Shown here piece by piece: positions 61,121 through 64,000 of a DNA stretch of 64,000 nt; within the stretch, counting starts at the first letter, position 1; each line of letters begins with the position of its first letter. Below the pieces are notes generated by a model that saw only the letters and a list, made by a program, of their open reading frames with translations, was not told where the DNA came from and ran no database searches. Source of the DNA: Phoronis australis (taxonomy: Eukaryota > Animalia > Phoronida); assembly GCA_002633005.1 (NCBI GenBank), contig NMRA01000070.1, forward strand, positions 729,872-793,871, given 5' to 3'. Both the position numbers and the translations under genes were made by a program.

Positions 61121-63317
61121 GTGTCACTCATGAGTCAAAAGTTTTTCTATACGTTTTGATATGAACTGAGGTCATGCAGTCAAAAATGAAACACCCTTAA
61201 TCTGACGTTGGTGATCTGTAGAGGTAGCAGGTACTCCATCTCAACTGTTGTAGAAATAGAGCTTAGAAACAGTAGCTGTGGTGTCATTTGAAGACTTATG
61301 TGTACAGCTTGCCCCTACTCTCCTCTCATGAATTTCCGGTAAGGAGTTTTTATTGTTGACTAAAGGTGCCCAATGAACATTTTCCATAGGGGCCAGGCTC
61401 TCCCGATAAACTGAGATGGCATTCACTAAAATAAAATCTTAAAAAATGATATTTTGTTGATTGCTTGACGTATTGTGTTGTGATGACGTCCAAGGCTAAA
61501 ATACCAAAGTATTTTACTCCCAGTCCTTGTTGATATCTCAGAACAAAAAACATCATTACTGATGAAGTCATCTTTGTGAATTTGTTCTGTTTTCCGAGAG
61601 ACAGTGTGTCAAGTGTTAACAGCATATTGTGTTAAGATGTATTTCACCTGTTCAGCTGGCTTAAACATCGAATTGGACCTTCTACTCTCCCGCTCTCGCA
61701 ATATTCCTTTGTCATGGTGAGATTTCATCTCTGTTGCCAGCAAAATATCTAAACCATCAGGAACTCAAAAAAGTTTTTTTATTGATGCAGGTGCACATTA
61801 CACCCTTAGTTGGGTTGTTAACAAACTGGACGAAATAAAATATGGAATACTGTCACGCTAAGTCATATTAATGTGACCAATTTCATGAGCGTGAAAAGCC
61901 TAATTATTTCTTTGCTTGCGAAATGTAGCTTGTAATTTTACCTTATGCATTGACTATAAGTTTATTGTCAAATTTGACTTGAAATCGATTTGATGCGAGA
62001 TTGGTAACCATTTTGCTTCTTTTAACGTCTGAACTGAGCAGTACATCCTGGCAATGGGATGGATGGACCAATAACACTACCCACAAACTATGCTAGTTTC
62101 ATCATATAAACCATAAGGGAAGGTGTCATTGACTGCTTATCTGTACACAGGTGGTCGTGAGAGCAGTGGATTCTGGAAAACCAGCCCTTCAGAGCAGACG
62201 GTTTCTTTCTACTTTTCTTTCCTGTCGTCTCCGTATATATTGCAGATGGTTACAGTCATTACTAGAATGTATCCCGAGAGGAAACACACTCGTGTTCTGG
62301 GGCGTGTTAAGAACTTCAGCTAATGAATGTATTAAGATCAGGTGCTTTAATTACCTTTTCTTCCCACTGCAACACCTAGCTTGTACACGATTGATTCACC
62401 GTTGTGATTATAGCATAAATTATGATGCCAAGTAGACATGAAGAAACAATGTCCTCCAGTAGTATCAAATTTTAGGATATTATACGAAAAGTATTATTTT
62501 CTCTAATTTCTTGGCACCATCTGATATGTGCCAGCATTAATTCTGCCTCTCTTTGAAAATATAATTTCCTGTGATTCTATACCAAATATTTTGGTCTCTT
62601 GGTTGCGACGTCTTAACTTCTTGCTCGTTAGCGATTCGAAAGTGAGATTATTGGCTCCAGAGCAGCTGTTCTTTTGACTTAGAAATGCTTCTATTGCATC
62701 TGACTTGACCTTGTTGCTTATTATTGGTTGGCAGTAAGCTCGGGCAGACTTCGCGTGTGTGTATTTGGCAATATCATATCCAGTTTGCCTTGACCGGAAA
62801 CTGTAGTAGTTGTTGGGTTCCACCAATAGATTAGCCGACGTATTTACTTTTGTGCCAAATCGGTGATCATTTAGCACTGCGAAATAGTTGCTGCTACATG
62901 TGGCGTAGTGTGTCTATCACTAGGAAATGCTAAGAGGGGGCGCCCCCTTTCGGTGACGAGTTTGTAGGTTTAAGACATTAGATACTAAGTTTCTGTTTAT
63001 TTAAATTGACACGTTTTCAGTTTCTTGATTTGAAACGGCCGCTTTTCTTCGTTCCAATGTGGTTGTCAGATTGTAACCACACTCCGACAGCAATACCTTA
63101 CTCAAACCAATGCTCTTGACGGGATACCTTCAATGTTTTTGAAAGATAATATTTTCGTTTTTGTGAACGGCAGGGACATGAGTAGATATGCTACAACTGT
63201 AAAAATCCACCATCTGCATGTAATTGTGTGTGTCCTGCCAAGTTGAAAACTTCGAATCAGTCGTAGGCGTGCGCATTACTAGGGTTACAAAGCGCCAAAT
63301 GTTTCTTAAACAAGTAC

Positions 63318-63678
63318 TACCTTTCTGCGCGTTGGAACGTGCTTAATCATTGCGTACTTTTAGTTCTTAAAAACGATCATCGTTACACTCGTATTCAACT
63401 AGCACTTTTGTTTAACCAGCGCTTAGTTTTACTTTATCGCGTACTAAACTAAATTGATTAAATAAAACTACGCGTTGATTAATCAAAAGTACGCGTTGAT
63501 TAATCAAAAGTACGCGTTGAATAAGAGGAGAATGGTGATCGTTTAAGACATAAAAGTACGCGTTTATTAAGCAAAACTACGCGTTGATTAAGCAAAAGTA
63601 CGCTTTGATTAATTAAAACTACTACGCGTTAAGAAAAAGTACGCTTTGATTAAGCACATTTTAACGCGCAGAAAGGTA
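63318..63678. mobile_element. Fold-back MITE with internal 20-bp tandem repeats
   Basis: Termini TACCTTTCTGCGCGTT / AACGCGCAGAAAGGTA (TA may be the TSD), roughly 50-bp imperfect TIRs, and repeats of AAAAGTACGCGTTGATTAAT. Confidence 0.75.
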
Positions 63679-64000
63679 CTCGCTTAATACAATCAGGGGT
63701 AGAACTTATTGTCGCGGGTACCAGAGTCTGTGAAGTGTGTATCTTGTCGCTTGCATGCGTAACAAGGCACGATGTTTCTGCTTCAAATTATTTTGTATTT
63801 GATATTCTCTTAGCGCCTAGGTCTCTTATTCTGTACGATTTTGATAACAATACATTTCTGCTTTAACTTCATAATCTGATTTCATCTACCGTCTAGTTAG
63901 TGTTGGTACCGTTTTCATCCTCGATCTAATTAGTGAAGAAAAAGCGTGAAACACTCAGCAAGCGGTATGTTATCGCTGTAACTGACCTATCGCAAGCTCC

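Noticed and set aside
62503-62877. 124-aa minus-strand ORF, possibly the last exon of a convergent gene (acceptor-like TATTTCGCAG)
   Set aside because: No recognisable domain, a weak polypyrimidine tract and no partner exon found; needs RNA-seq.

Overview
This is eukaryotic animal DNA: AT-rich, with spliceosomal GT-AG introns and dense transposons. It probably comes from a marine invertebrate, but the species cannot be told from the sequence. The host genes are (i) a same-strand tandem family of secreted MACPF pore-forming proteins resembling sea-anemone PsTX-60/AvTX-60A toxins and (ii) a 4-exon gene (53385-61120, 516 aa by my splice model) fusing an N-terminal THAP domain to ZFP91/ZNF692/ZNF276-type C2H2 fingers. 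The MACPF family has two intact copies (4620-6083, 34093-35478) and a 5'-truncated pseudogene (45972-46484). Copy 2 has no in-frame ATG before its signal peptide and probably gets one from a 15-nt coding exon 9.6 kb upstream behind a duplicated TATA promoter. The rest is nested transposon debris: six Academ-type pieces, four copies of a Kolobok-type TTAA element, a Helentron-associated (HINE/DINE-1-like) element, three copies of a 150-bp MITE, stacked palindromic elements with a tRNA-like cassette, and L1, other LINE, mariner and Gypsy remnants. All family assignments come from motif recognition by eye, not database searches.
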